Source: a virus
Lineage: Duplodnaviria > Heunggongvirae > Uroviricota > Caudoviricetes
IMG/VR virus record: IMGVR_UViG_2671180847_000009
Length of the DNA stretch: 34,419 nucleotides
Strand: one strand, 5' to 3'
Made by a program: the position numbers and the translations under genes. The notes under the pieces were generated by a model. It saw nothing but the letters and a program-made list of their open reading frames with translations, was not told where the DNA came from and searched no databases. This document shows positions 1 to 9,339 of this stretch, piece by piece (within the stretch, counting starts at the first letter, position 1; every line of letters begins with the position of its first letter).

Positions 1-243
1 ATGTATACCTATAAAATGATTCAGGTGCCGCCGAATATTTCTGTAAAGGCAAAAGATAATAAAGCGGGGGTAGCTGCTGCATATCTTCAGAATGTTGTTA
101 ATGAACAGGCGGCGGATGGCTGGGAATTTCAACGGGTTGATACGATTGGTATAGAAGAGCAGCCGGGGTGTTTCGGTGGCGGAAAGGCGCAGTTTTTTCA
201 ATACTATGTGATTACTTTTAGAAAAAAAGTATCAGATGCTTAA
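1..243 (+). CDS. Small hypothetical protein (80 aa), DUF4177-like; possibly host gene, start may lie upstream of window
   Basis: ORF from position 1; GWEF motif resembles DUF4177 small proteins; stop overlaps start of next gene (operon-like). Family assignment from memory only. Confidence 0.35.
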   Translation: MYTYKMIQVPPNISVKAKDNKAGVAAAYLQNVVNEQAADGWEFQRVDTIGIEEQPGCFGGGKAQFFQYYVITFRKKVSDA

Positions 244-469
244 ATGGCTTAGTATACGTCTGATTCTTTATTATCGTGCTCATGCGCCAGCCAGCATTCG
301 TAACAGATGTCGTTATACTCCAAGCTGTTCGGCTTACACTTTGGTGTCAATAAGGCGCTATGGCTTTTTTGAAGGCTGGCGATTAGGATTGAGCCGGATT
401 TATCGCTGTCGTCCGCCTAATGGTGGTGCAGATTACCCTCCTCATATTTGTAAATGTCGCAAATCGTGA
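236..469 (+). CDS. YidD-family (haemolytic-domain, membrane protein insertion efficiency factor-like) small protein
   Basis: 77-aa ORF; C-R-Y-T-P-S-C-S-x-Y and C-R/H-P-x-x-G-G-x-D-x-P-P motifs align with E. coli YidD (CRFxPTCSxY ... CHPLHPGGDDPVPP). Confidence 0.55.
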   Translation: MLKWLSIRLILYYRAHAPASIRNRCRYTPSCSAYTLVSIRRYGFFEGWRLGLSRIYRCRPPNGGADYPPHICKCRKS

Positions 470-488
470 GCGCGTAAGAAAAAGAAAA

Positions 489-520
489 CCCGCAGTTTTT
501 ACGCTGCGGGTTTCTGCTTT
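489..520. terminator. Rho-independent terminator (bidirectional hairpin) after the YidD-like gene
   Basis: Perfect 7-bp stem cccgcag/ctgcggg (489-495 / 504-510) followed by T-rich tttctgcttt on + strand and preceded by A-run (T-run on - strand). Confidence 0.55.
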
Positions 521-1004
521 GGGATGTGTATAGGGTGCCTTATCGGCCTTACCCTGGCAACCGATTGACGGGGAAGTTGCCTTCCCCGTCGCGGTTTTCT
601 TACTGTCTACATTGTAAGAACGCCGCAAACTCCGCTCCCCAGAAGCTCATCCGTATCTCACACAGTGAACCGTGTAGCATCCAGATGATGAGGATTGCCG
701 TTACGCAGAACGTAATGGCCGTAAGCGATTTTTGCGACATAGCGCTTGCTCCTTTTTCGGGGAGGCGCTAACCTACGACTTGCGAAGGTTGTATGGCTAG
801 GGCCTCGGGTTAACGTTAAAGTTGACTCGGGGCCTTTCCACATTCGGCCTTCGGGTATTCCCTCCAGCCATCAGCCGAAAGGCACCCGCGCGAATTCTAG
901 CCTGGTTTTTTCCCTTGTTTCAATCCGTTGAGACTTATCAGCCTTCTGATGTAAAATTCCCGACCGCAGACATTATTCAGTCACGCATTTGATACATGCT
1001 TCCG

Positions 1005-1028
1005 CCGGCGTTCGCGCCGGTTTTTTTC
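1005..1028 (+). terminator. Rho-independent terminator, + strand
   Basis: Stem ccggcg/cgccgg with ttcg loop followed by ttttttt (1021-1027). Confidence 0.5.
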
Positions 1029-1503
1029 GTCCTGTTGCTGCATAGATCGTCATGCGCGATCGAGGCGCGGTATTGATCCTTTTTTCAGTTTAATTTTGAC
1101 TCTCAATTTTACGCAGGCCGCGCCGCGTCTGGCTTCGTTGTTTGACGATTTTTTGATGCGATCCTTTCGTGATCGTTTCCCGTCTCGCGTAAAGTATGAA
1201 AACTCTTTTAATATCATGCGGTTTTATTGCCCCTGCCATTTATGCGATCGTAAAAACCACTCTGAAAACTGCAAAAAATTTCAAAGCGTGAAATTTCAGA
1301 TCTCCGCTTTTCCCTCAGTTGCTGCGCGGGCTGGCGGTCAGTTTTGCACGGCAGAAAACTGAAAAAGTGTTTCGACACAAAACCCGCGGGTTGGAGGGGG
1401 TAGCGCGGTTTACGTCACCTCACACTTTACGTCACACCGTTTACGCGGTGTGTGCATACAGCGCCGGAATGGCACGCAGAACGCATTAATCAGGTGGTGG
1501 ATA

Positions 1504-1530
1504 TGAAAAACGCACGGTCGGAACCGTGCG
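1504..1530 (-). terminator. Rho-independent terminator ending the tail operon (minus strand)
   Basis: Stem cgcacggt/accgtgcg (1511-1518/1523-1530) with A5 on + strand (U-run on minus-strand RNA) 40 nt downstream of the 565-aa gene stop. Confidence 0.5.
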
Positions 1531-1570
1531 TTGTTTGATGGGGCGTTTATGTGGGTTTTATGTCGGGAGC

Positions 1571-3268
1571 TCAGGCGATAAGGTCGCCGTATTTTTCGCG
1601 CAGGCTCGTAGCCTGCAGGGCATCTGCGGCAAGTTCGCCGCTGTTCATTGGTGCGCCAGTGTTGTTGTGGGTGTGGTTTGCTGTGTGCGTGGCCAGCAAT
1701 TGAATCAGATCCAGAATATCAATCAACAACGTCAGCAGATTAAGTTCGGATTTTTCCCGTGAGCCACCGCGACCAATAAATACTGTCGGGGCTGTAAACT
1801 TCAGACCGCCGTCCGCCCGGCATGTTCTGCGGCCTCCCACGTTTTCAGTCAGGTCCTGCTCAATTGTGGATATTGTCCCTTTGAGTTTAGTCAGCAAATC
1901 CTGCGCTACCATCTGGATATGCTCGCTGGCTGCGATCGCGTAATGGCCGGTAGTAAGGTGCTCTATTTGTCCTGCCGCCAGCTTGCTGGTTCCCAGAACA
2001 CTGGTTATGTCGTTTGCCCGTACTGTGGTTGTTCTGGTTGTTGTGGTGCGCTCTTCTGCATCACTGTTAATTGTGCGGGTGGCTGACTGCTCCCTGATTT
2101 GCTGGTCTGTTTCTCTGTGCCAGCTTCCGTCAGTCGTGACGCGCTGAAACACTTCTGCGCGCTGTTGCTGCAGTTGTTCGCCGGGCTTTACATCAGGCAG
2201 GTTATGGCCAGCAGGTAAGATTTGCCTGATAACAGGTTTATCCGGGCGCCCTTCAATGTTAGATATTTCCACGATGGTGCCTGCCGGCGGGTAGGCAAAA
2301 CATCCCGCCTCGCTACCAGCCATCGGGACGGGGAGTGGGACTGCCGGGTAAACAGGCGTATCGCTTTTATCGTTGCCGTCCTCATCGAGCAGTTGCACGT
2401 CCACGGCGTAGCGTGGACGGAAGCTGTCGGCCACATCGCCCAGGGTGGCGGATTCCGTTGGTGCAATGACGCGCGCCAGCCTGGTGTGTAGTGTGCCGCT
2501 GGCCAGTTCCGGGAACTGTGTTTCCATCTGTCTGCGTAATGGTGATTTGGAGACAGGGCTGCCCGTGACGGTAAGGCGCTCCCACGTCAGAGTCATTTTC
2601 TCGTTGTTGAGGGCTACGCGGGTAATACGCCCGGTGGGAAGATTCACGCCCGGTCGCACAGTTTCCATGAACATGATGTCGATGCTGTTTCCGCCGCTTT
2701 GCCCGAGAGCGTACTGTTGCGGAATATCCGGCATCGTAATACTGGCAAATCGTGAATCAGCGGCGCTTCCCACAAATACAGAACCGTCCGGCATTGGGTG
2801 CCAGACGTAATCGCTGATACTGAATGCGCGCCCCAGCTGGCTGAGTAGCTGCGTTCCGCTGCCGCTGTGGGTGATGTAGGGGGTTGGTGTGTTGACATAA
2901 TCCGCGTCCGGGGTGATAAAAACGATGCCGCTTTGTCGTCCCAGATTATCTAACACCTCCCGCAACGTCGGGTGTTGCATGGAGCAGGGGAAATCAAAAT
3001 CCAGCACAGCAGCTGCTTCACGGATAAAAAGGCGGCGCGAACCATTTTCGGCGGGTTGGTCGCGTTCAACGTAGCCGGAGAAATAGCGCCAGACTTCACC
3101 GTCACGGCCGAGATCAATTTGTACCATTGCGCCGGCAAGGCTTTTTTCTGGTGACAGATTATTAACAGAAATGAAGCCACGACCGGCAGCATTCAGGGTA
3201 AGAACAAGGCTTATATCGGCAATTTCCACCCGTTCGCCATTAATCATGCAGCGTTGTATCAATTTCAT
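1571..3268 (-). CDS. Phage tail/baseplate protein, 565 aa (possibly central hub or spike; P2 gpD-like by position)
   Basis: Last gene of the late tail operon, start overlaps stop of upstream gene (ATGA coupling); size and position suit a baseplate hub. No motif recognised with certainty. Confidence 0.4.
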   Translation of the reverse strand: MKLIQRCMINGERVEIADISLVLTLNAAGRGFISVNNLSPEKSLAGAMVQIDLGRDGEVWRYFSGYVERDQPAENGSRRLFIREAAAVLDFDFPCSMQHPTLREVLDNLGRQSGIVFITPDADYVNTPTPYITHSGSGTQLLSQLGRAFSISDYVWHPMPDGSVFVGSAADSRFASITMPDIPQQYALGQSGGNSIDIMFMETVRPGVNLPTGRITRVALNNEKMTLTWERLTVTGSPVSKSPLRRQMETQFPELASGTLHTRLARVIAPTESATLGDVADSFRPRYAVDVQLLDEDGNDKSDTPVYPAVPLPVPMAGSEAGCFAYPPAGTIVEISNIEGRPDKPVIRQILPAGHNLPDVKPGEQLQQQRAEVFQRVTTDGSWHRETDQQIREQSATRTINSDAEERTTTTRTTTVRANDITSVLGTSKLAAGQIEHLTTGHYAIAASEHIQMVAQDLLTKLKGTISTIEQDLTENVGGRRTCRADGGLKFTAPTVFIGRGGSREKSELNLLTLLIDILDLIQLLATHTANHTHNNTGAPMNSGELAADALQATSLREKYGDLIA

Positions 3269-3840
3269 GTTTTCCCTTCCTCTTTCACGCTCCCGATGCC
3301 AACAGCATCCAGACCAGAGCCAACGGCATCATTGATTTTTTTCCAGAACGAACTTTGCGTATTCATGCCTTTGTCTGGTGCCTGTTCGCTACCGTTCTGG
3401 GTCTGCTGTCTGGCGATGGTTTTCTGCGAACCGCTGCGTGCGGATGCTTTCTCTGGCACGCTTAATTTTTCCCTGAGAGTAAAGGTAACCTGCCAGTGCA
3501 TTTTTCCCTGTTGTTCCGTGGCATCAATGCCACCAGAAAATACCCCCTGTCGCATATTGATTGCCTTCGCGGTAGCGTTAGCAATGCGATATGTTTTTTT
3601 AGCACCGTTGCTTTCTGTTGCCTCCGCAAGCTGAAAAATACGGGTCAGAATAGCTTCATCATTAAAATCAATAACCCCCGACACGCGCAGCTCTTTAGCC
3701 TTGTTTCCCTGCTGGGCGCTCGTGGTGCTGGTTGACTGTCCGGACATATCTTTGTCCGGTAGTTGCATGGTGGCGCTGACGGTGATGTTGCGCAGCAGAA
3801 TGGCTTCCCCGTCAAGCGCAAGGACAATCATCTGGGTCAT
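3265..3840 (-). CDS. Putative phage tail protein, 191 aa (gpU-like by position)
   Basis: Co-oriented, translationally coupled ORF between the 237-aa ORF and the 565-aa tail protein. Confidence 0.35.
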   Translation of the reverse strand: MTQMIVLALDGEAILLRNITVSATMQLPDKDMSGQSTSTTSAQQGNKAKELRVSGVIDFNDEAILTRIFQLAEATESNGAKKTYRIANATAKAINMRQGVFSGGIDATEQQGKMHWQVTFTLREKLSVPEKASARSGSQKTIARQQTQNGSEQAPDKGMNTQSSFWKKINDAVGSGLDAVGIGSVKEEGKT

Positions 3841-4525
3841 GTAGTGCCTCCCTTAGTGATGAGAGATTATCGCCGACGAACAGCATCACAGCTGTAAAAA
3901 CCCACTCGGGGTGTGGGATGTTTTTTTGTATCAGCACTGCAGCCTGGCTAAGGGCTCCCTTGTAGCAAAAGCGCCACACCGGGCAAAATTTTTGCCGGAG
4001 TGCAGCCTGCTGATCAGCGATTTCCTGTAAGGCTTTATCTCTCGCATTCATGAACTGATGCAGTGATGATGACAATGTTTCCGGTGATGTGGCGGCAGGA
4101 GTGGCTGCCTGTGCAATGGTTGCCGCCAGCGACATGCTGCGAGTGGTCTGTGTCGACAGCATTATCGGTTCCGGAAGTGATGTTGCCGGTCTGGCGGGGA
4201 TTTGCATTCTGCTGATGGCCAGTGAAAGCTGGCTGGAGATCATGCGGGACATTCGTCCCACCTCCGGCAACGGAAATGCGCCTGAAAATTGCCTGGCGAG
4301 TGATAAAAACTCGTCAGCAGAAGGAGCGCAAAATAACAGCGCCACAATGTCCTTTTCTGTGTTTTCTTTCAGATAGGGTAAAAGTGCAGATACAGCATTT
4401 TCGGGGCTGAGATAACGCCCCGATGGTTTGATGTTTCCGGTATTTTCTGACCATGGATGCAGGCAAACCACAGAGCATTTAATGTTCATGGCTGACGGGC
4501 GCAGAATTGCCTTTTCCCATTTCAT
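3812..4525 (-). CDS. Hypothetical protein, 237 aa, unknown function (cargo candidate at end of fibre region)
   Basis: Only long ORF spanning 3841-4521; start overlaps stop of upstream tail-fibre assembly gene; Ala/Ser/Thr/Pro-rich low-complexity middle; no recognisable family. Confidence 0.4.
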   Translation of the reverse strand: MKWEKAILRPSAMNIKCSVVCLHPWSENTGNIKPSGRYLSPENAVSALLPYLKENTEKDIVALLFCAPSADEFLSLARQFSGAFPLPEVGRMSRMISSQLSLAISRMQIPARPATSLPEPIMLSTQTTRSMSLAATIAQAATPAATSPETLSSSLHQFMNARDKALQEIADQQAALRQKFCPVWRFCYKGALSQAAVLIQKNIPHPEWVFTAVMLFVGDNLSSLREALHDPDDCPCA

Positions 4526-5097
4526 TCTGACTCTCCAGCCTGAAAAGCGCGGATGTCGGCAAGATTATTAAGGCTATCCAGCACGTCCTTCATCTGTCGC
4601 TGACGGCGATAAATCTCGTCATTGCGATCGACCTGCGCCTGCGCCATTGCTGCCGCCAGTTCTTCCAGTTCCGGCATCGACAGTTTCACCTGTTGATTAT
4701 CGGCATCACCCCACGCAAGGGTGGTTCGTGCCGTATCGGATTTCGCCGCCATTACTACCGGATAAAGGCGGGCCAGTGAGTCGGGGCCAGCGTTCCATGT
4801 GCGGCCATTCCATTCGAACATGAACGGCTGCGCTTCCTGTTCTGTGCGCCATGCCTCAATTTCTCGTTTTTTAGCGTCCTTTGCTGCTTCCAGCATTTCA
4901 GGCGTAACAGTGAACGGGGCGATTTCGCCCCATTTGCCGCTTTGCAGTTCCTGCCAGATTTGCTGGCCTGTCGTCGCGGTGTCTTCTGGCGTGGCTGTGT
5001 ACGGAAGTGGGTCTTCCATTCCCTCAAACAGCACGTCGCAGTCAATCGCACCGGATTCGGTATAACGGGGACTGGTAATCTCTTTTATCTGCATCAT
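4522..5097 (-). CDS. Tail fibre assembly protein (chaperone), copy 2
   Basis: 191 aa; N-terminal region and acidic C-terminus typical of Tfa/gpG-type chaperones; directly follows a tail-fibre gene. Confidence 0.6.
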   Translation of the reverse strand: MMQIKEITSPRYTESGAIDCDVLFEGMEDPLPYTATPEDTATTGQQIWQELQSGKWGEIAPFTVTPEMLEAAKDAKKREIEAWRTEQEAQPFMFEWNGRTWNAGPDSLARLYPVVMAAKSDTARTTLAWGDADNQQVKLSMPELEELAAAMAQAQVDRNDEIYRRQRQMKDVLDSLNNLADIRAFQAGESE

Positions 5098-6389
5098 GCA
5101 ACCCTCACAAACAAAGAAACTAAGCCCCGGTTATAAAACTTAATATCCGGGCCGCCAGATAAAGCGACATATGTACCAGGCAGGGTATCCCCGTAGACAA
5201 ATGACCTCGCAGCAGCACTAAATCCTGACGTGCGATACTCCGCTTCAAAGACCACCTGCCGGAGTCTTGAGCCTGACACGCCTTGTGCACGAAGTAACGT
5301 AACCTCACTGCTGCCATCGTCCGGTAGGTATGCAGCAAGAACCAGGCCTCCGGGGAACGGAGGACGCTTTGATGTATTTTCTGTTGCATACAACAGTTGC
5401 ATCAGGCGCTTACGTGACCAGAACAACCGCGACCATGCTTTTGGCAGGTCTGACGGACGCATGGATTTTTTAACCAGTACCTGATATTTCGCAGGACCTT
5501 CACCGAATCCCCCACTGTATTCTGCATCACCATGAAACGTTATCCACCGACGCGCTTCTGCTTCAATACCGCCAGAGTCAATTCCGTATCGTATGTCTAT
5601 ATCCACAAGTCCACGGAAATAAGGTTGCCCCATGTCATACGCAATGATGGGATTATACGAAGTGCTACTCCCTTCAGATTGTGTTACCGCGTAACGTCCG
5701 GGGGTGACTTCGAACACCCATTTCAGAAATTCGGCGGGGCCATTTTGCGCGCTGAAATACACGACTTCCGACGAAGAGAATAAATGCCCGTATCCGAATG
5801 CACCGGGTAACGCCAGACGGCCTGCGGTGCGGTCGTAGATATCGCTCTGAACATCAAGCAAAGCAGCACCTTTCAACCCCAGATTGTCTCGGGATTCCTG
5901 TTGCGCCTCTTCCCCCTCTGCTGCAATTTCTGACAGTCGGTTAGGAGCTTTCAGCATTGATTTCAGCTCGGGGGTAATATCCACCTGCCAGCTCTGTGGA
6001 GGAACGGTAATTTGCGCAGCCTGAGCAATGCCGCTGTATATAATCGTGAAATTACGAATAAGTGACTCGCCAGTATGTTTCTGGCGAACAGGGGTTTTTA
6101 TTACGCCGCACAGTGTTCTGCTGGCCTGATGGATGAGGCAAATCCAGTCATAGCTGAATGCACAGCCATCAGGAACAACTGCGCTACACACAATATTGTT
6201 CGGGTTTAACTGGCCATAGGTCAGTTCATTCACAGCATATGTGATTTTTTCTTCCGGAACGGTATTATCTTCGCGCGTTGGTTCCCGCTCCATCAGAGCA
6301 AAAATAATAGCGTCAGGGCGTGCAGGTAAATTACTGGCTGCGCATTCAGCAACCCACTTTTCAAATGCTTTCGTCAACAGTGCGCTCAT
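5094..6389 (-). CDS. Tail fibre protein, second paralogue (431 aa)
   Basis: N-terminal ~150 aa shares architecture with the N-terminus of the 584-aa fibre (W-x-A-x-x-x-S/N-x-x-P-A-R-P-D, ...L-I-R-N/T-F); C-terminus is different. Confidence 0.55.
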   Translation of the reverse strand: MSALLTKAFEKWVAECAASNLPARPDAIIFALMEREPTREDNTVPEEKITYAVNELTYGQLNPNNIVCSAVVPDGCAFSYDWICLIHQASRTLCGVIKTPVRQKHTGESLIRNFTIIYSGIAQAAQITVPPQSWQVDITPELKSMLKAPNRLSEIAAEGEEAQQESRDNLGLKGAALLDVQSDIYDRTAGRLALPGAFGYGHLFSSSEVVYFSAQNGPAEFLKWVFEVTPGRYAVTQSEGSSTSYNPIIAYDMGQPYFRGLVDIDIRYGIDSGGIEAEARRWITFHGDAEYSGGFGEGPAKYQVLVKKSMRPSDLPKAWSRLFWSRKRLMQLLYATENTSKRPPFPGGLVLAAYLPDDGSSEVTLLRAQGVSGSRLRQVVFEAEYRTSGFSAAARSFVYGDTLPGTYVALSGGPDIKFYNRGLVSLFVRVA

Positions 6390-6395
6390 TACTTC

Positions 6396-6950
6396 TTAAT
6401 TCTCGCTAATGTTCTGCGGTAATTCTGGCCATACAATCGCGGCATACGATGCTTTATCTGTAACCTGACTGAAAGTCATCTGCTGTAGTGCTTTTGCATA
6501 AATACGGCATGCTTTCAGTTTTTCCCTGTCTTCGTCACTGATTAATCCCAGCAGCAGGTCTTTTTCCCATTCGCTGGTCATGATGCTGGCCCGTTGTAAC
6601 AGGGCATCGCGTTCATCTTCCGCTTTAAGTTTGTAGTCGAAGATAAAATTGCCATCGCGGTAGAACCAGTAACCCGACGCCTCAATGCGACGATTGGCGG
6701 TAATATCCGGTAGCTCAATCACGCTTTTATTTTCCGGGCAGATTGAGGTGATGTCTTTTCCGACCCAGACCACTTCGCCGGTTTCAACATAAATAACTTT
6801 CAGGGTGTCTGGCAGAAATTTTTCCTGGGCTTCGTGCCATTCCTGGCCATCCTCTGAGAACAACCACAATAAAAATTTATGCTGTCGCGCCAGCTGGTAT
6901 TGCTCAATTGTTTTAGGGTTTTGTACCGTAAGATTTTTTAAGTGCATCAT
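6396..6950 (-). CDS. Tail fibre assembly protein (chaperone), copy 1
   Basis: 184 aa, follows the long fibre gene; Tfa-like sequence features. Confidence 0.6.
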   Translation of the reverse strand: MMHLKNLTVQNPKTIEQYQLARQHKFLLWLFSEDGQEWHEAQEKFLPDTLKVIYVETGEVVWVGKDITSICPENKSVIELPDITANRRIEASGYWFYRDGNFIFDYKLKAEDERDALLQRASIMTSEWEKDLLLGLISDEDREKLKACRIYAKALQQMTFSQVTDKASYAAIVWPELPQNISEN

Positions 6951-6952
6951 AA

Positions 6953-8707
6953 TTACAAACTCGCTACATTCCGCCAGACGCCATTAATCAGAACCTGCAC
7001 CGGGCGGGCATTGGCCCAGTCCATACTTTCACCACCATCAAGACCGCTGATAAGGTGACCTGATGGTGCGTTCCCGCCACGCCCAATACCAATGGCACTG
7101 CCCAGACGCACATCCTGTACACCGCCTGTTTTGGTCTGATAGCGGGCATCAAAGTTTCCGTAGTCTGACGGTGTTACCCGTCCTGAAACATTCACTGCCC
7201 GGTTACTTTGTAACGCGCCATTCTGAAAACGGAATACGTGCTGACCATTGGCATAAACATCCAGCAGGCCGTCACCATTCTGTTTCAGGCCGGTATCGTT
7301 ATCCCCGAAAGCAATTGAGTTTCCGCCCAGCGCGTTCTGAACGCCGATACCTAATGCACCGTTTACTTTCGAACCGCCGCCAACAGATACCGGGTGAGAC
7401 ATCGAGACTTCACCCGTCCGCAGGTTAATGCTGAATGGTCGCAGGGGGCCAATATCGCCGTTTTCACCCTGATTTTCCTGTGTGGGAATAAGATGCAGGC
7501 ACTCTTCAGAGCGACGAAAAATCAGGCCAAAAGCTTCGTTGAAAATCCTCAGTGCATTAACGCCACGGATTTTCAGCTCCCCGGTCATGGTGTCGCCAGC
7601 GCGTTGAACGGCGCTTTCAGCTTTATCAACGGTGGGTTTCAGTCCGACGTTTTCAATAAACAGCGGTTTATTGGGAATGTCGCTGCCGTTGCGATTTTTC
7701 GCAAGACGTGCGTTGGCGTTATCCATTGCGATTTTTACCGCTTTTGACGTGGCGGCGCGGTCTTCTGCATCGCTGTCGGTGGCGTTGCTGTACTGCGCAA
7801 AGCCTTTTTCGGTCAGCGTGGCATCCGGGTGTCTGCGGGATTTTTCGTGTTCTGCCAGCGCGTTGCTTTGCTCTTCGTCGGGCGTCTGTGGGCGTAAATC
7901 CTGTGGGCCACCTGCTGTCAGTTTTGCAAGTGGCGCGACAAAGTGTTGGAAACCGTTCCCGTCTGTATAGGGCGCGTGTTCCTTGCGAGCGCAGAACGTA
8001 AAAACGGTGCTCCATTCGCCGGTAACAAATCCCTGCCAGCTTGCATCAATCCAGAGGGTATCCCCGACCGCAGCCGGCAGGCTGTAAGGTTCGCGCAGGC
8101 TGACGCGCAGACCTCCCACATACCCGATGCCGGCGGCAACAGTGGCGGTACCATCCTGATAGCTGACCTGAAAACCATCCCCCAGAAAAGCGGCTTCACC
8201 GTAGTGATCAAACGCCAGCAGCCGGCGGGCTTCATCCATTCCCGCAAGACGGGCAGTGAAATCAATCTGCCAGACATCAGCACTGACATCGATATGCATT
8301 GCTGCTGCAGCGCCGTCAAACTCCATGGAAAATGTGCGGATCAGGTTGTTTCCCTGCACGCCGTTCGCTGTTTTAATTTTTTGCTGACGAGGTGTGTGTG
8401 CAATCATGCAGAGCACGCCGCTTTCTTCGTTCAGCAGACCGATCCAGTTGTATTCGAAGTCGCCGACTGTCGTGTCCAGAATGATGGAAAACGCGGTCGC
8501 GTTCGGCGACAGGAGGCCGTACTGGGTGACCGGCGCACGATACTGAATCATGGATTCATCAGGGAGTATCTCATCGCGGGGGATCTCTGCGGATTCATCC
8601 TGTCCCGGAATATATGCAAAAACAAATGTATCCGGGCGCGCAGGTTTTCCACTGATGATTTGATTTGCGCACCAGTGTTCGTACTGTTCAGTAATAATCG
8701 TGCTCAT
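6953..8707 (-). CDS. Tail fibre protein (584 aa, P2 gpH-like)
   Basis: Conserved phage tail-collar N-terminus; Gly-rich C-terminal region typical of fibre tips; followed by a Tfa gene. Confidence 0.65.
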   Translation of the reverse strand: MSTIITEQYEHWCANQIISGKPARPDTFVFAYIPGQDESAEIPRDEILPDESMIQYRAPVTQYGLLSPNATAFSIILDTTVGDFEYNWIGLLNEESGVLCMIAHTPRQQKIKTANGVQGNNLIRTFSMEFDGAAAAMHIDVSADVWQIDFTARLAGMDEARRLLAFDHYGEAAFLGDGFQVSYQDGTATVAAGIGYVGGLRVSLREPYSLPAAVGDTLWIDASWQGFVTGEWSTVFTFCARKEHAPYTDGNGFQHFVAPLAKLTAGGPQDLRPQTPDEEQSNALAEHEKSRRHPDATLTEKGFAQYSNATDSDAEDRAATSKAVKIAMDNANARLAKNRNGSDIPNKPLFIENVGLKPTVDKAESAVQRAGDTMTGELKIRGVNALRIFNEAFGLIFRRSEECLHLIPTQENQGENGDIGPLRPFSINLRTGEVSMSHPVSVGGGSKVNGALGIGVQNALGGNSIAFGDNDTGLKQNGDGLLDVYANGQHVFRFQNGALQSNRAVNVSGRVTPSDYGNFDARYQTKTGGVQDVRLGSAIGIGRGGNAPSGHLISGLDGGESMDWANARPVQVLINGVWRNVASL

Positions 8708-9339
8708 GCTTCATCTGCCTGTAATGTGTAATGTTCCACGGACAGGCCGTAATGTCCTGCCTGTAGCGAAGCGGTTAACCAGATGGTGTCCTTTCTCACC
8801 GTTGCTTCTGCTGTGTGATACCTGTAATGGCCATCGAATGTGCCGGCTGTCAGCCGGGCAGTGGTTGTATTGATTACCTGAAAGAAATAGCGCCTGCAGG
8901 TACGACCATACTGGCGCACGAGCTGCATCATCAGCGCGTTGTTTTCACTTAACTGGGTGTCATTAATGCGCAGTAAAATAACGTCCCAGTCATGCTGCAG
9001 TTGCCGTTCCAGTGTTTTAACGTCTCCCACGCCAAGACGCTTAAAGATGCGTTCGAAGCCGGCGCGTTCGCCAGAGTCCTGAGCGTTAATAAACGCGTGT
9101 TTCACTCTTAAGCGAAATAACGAAACCGGCTCACCTTTAAATCGGGTGATATTGCGCTGATAAGCCAGCAGGTTAAGTAAAGGCTCTGCGCAGGTGTCGA
9201 CATCAATCTGCTGTAGTGGCCACGTCAGCCAGCTGTATACCTTTTCCCAGTAGCGATGCGATGAATGTGCCAGCGTTAACGGCTCGCCTTTATTCATCCA
9301 GGTGGGGAGCGGAAATTCAGGGATCTCCGGAAGTTTCAC
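8704..9339 (-). CDS. Baseplate/tail protein (P2 gpI-like), 211 aa
   Basis: Position between baseplate J-like gene and tail fibre gene, overlapping start/stop coupling. Confidence 0.45.
   Translation of the reverse strand: MKLPEIPEFPLPTWMNKGEPLTLAHSSHRYWEKVYSWLTWPLQQIDVDTCAEPLLNLLAYQRNITRFKGEPVSLFRLRVKHAFINAQDSGERAGFERIFKRLGVGDVKTLERQLQHDWDVILLRINDTQLSENNALMMQLVRQYGRTCRRYFFQVINTTTARLTAGTFDGHYRYHTAEATVRKDTIWLTASLQAGHYGLSVEHYTLQADEA

Noticed and set aside
526-931. Two overlapping plus-strand ORFs (81 and 61 aa) in the left-flank structured region
   Set aside because: Arg/Ser/Pro-rich and protein-unlike; region better explained as structured non-coding DNA/RNA.
540-1030. Possible tmRNA, RNase P RNA, SRP RNA or tRNA attachment target in the left flank
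   Set aside because: Compared by eye with recalled E. coli ssrA, rnpB and ffs sequences and found no shared blocks; no convincing tRNA cloverleaf. Needs a covariance-model search to settle.
1096-1362. 88-aa plus-strand ORF in the left flank considered as a displaced ogr (contains C-P-C-H-L-C)
   Set aside because: Cysteine spacing does not fit the Ogr C-x2-C-x22-C-x4-C pattern; no RBS; lies in AT-rich probable junction DNA.
7943-8731. 262-aa plus-strand ORF opposite the tail-fibre gene
   Set aside because: Antisense to a fibre gene with conserved N-terminal domain; Cys/Arg-rich nonsense composition.
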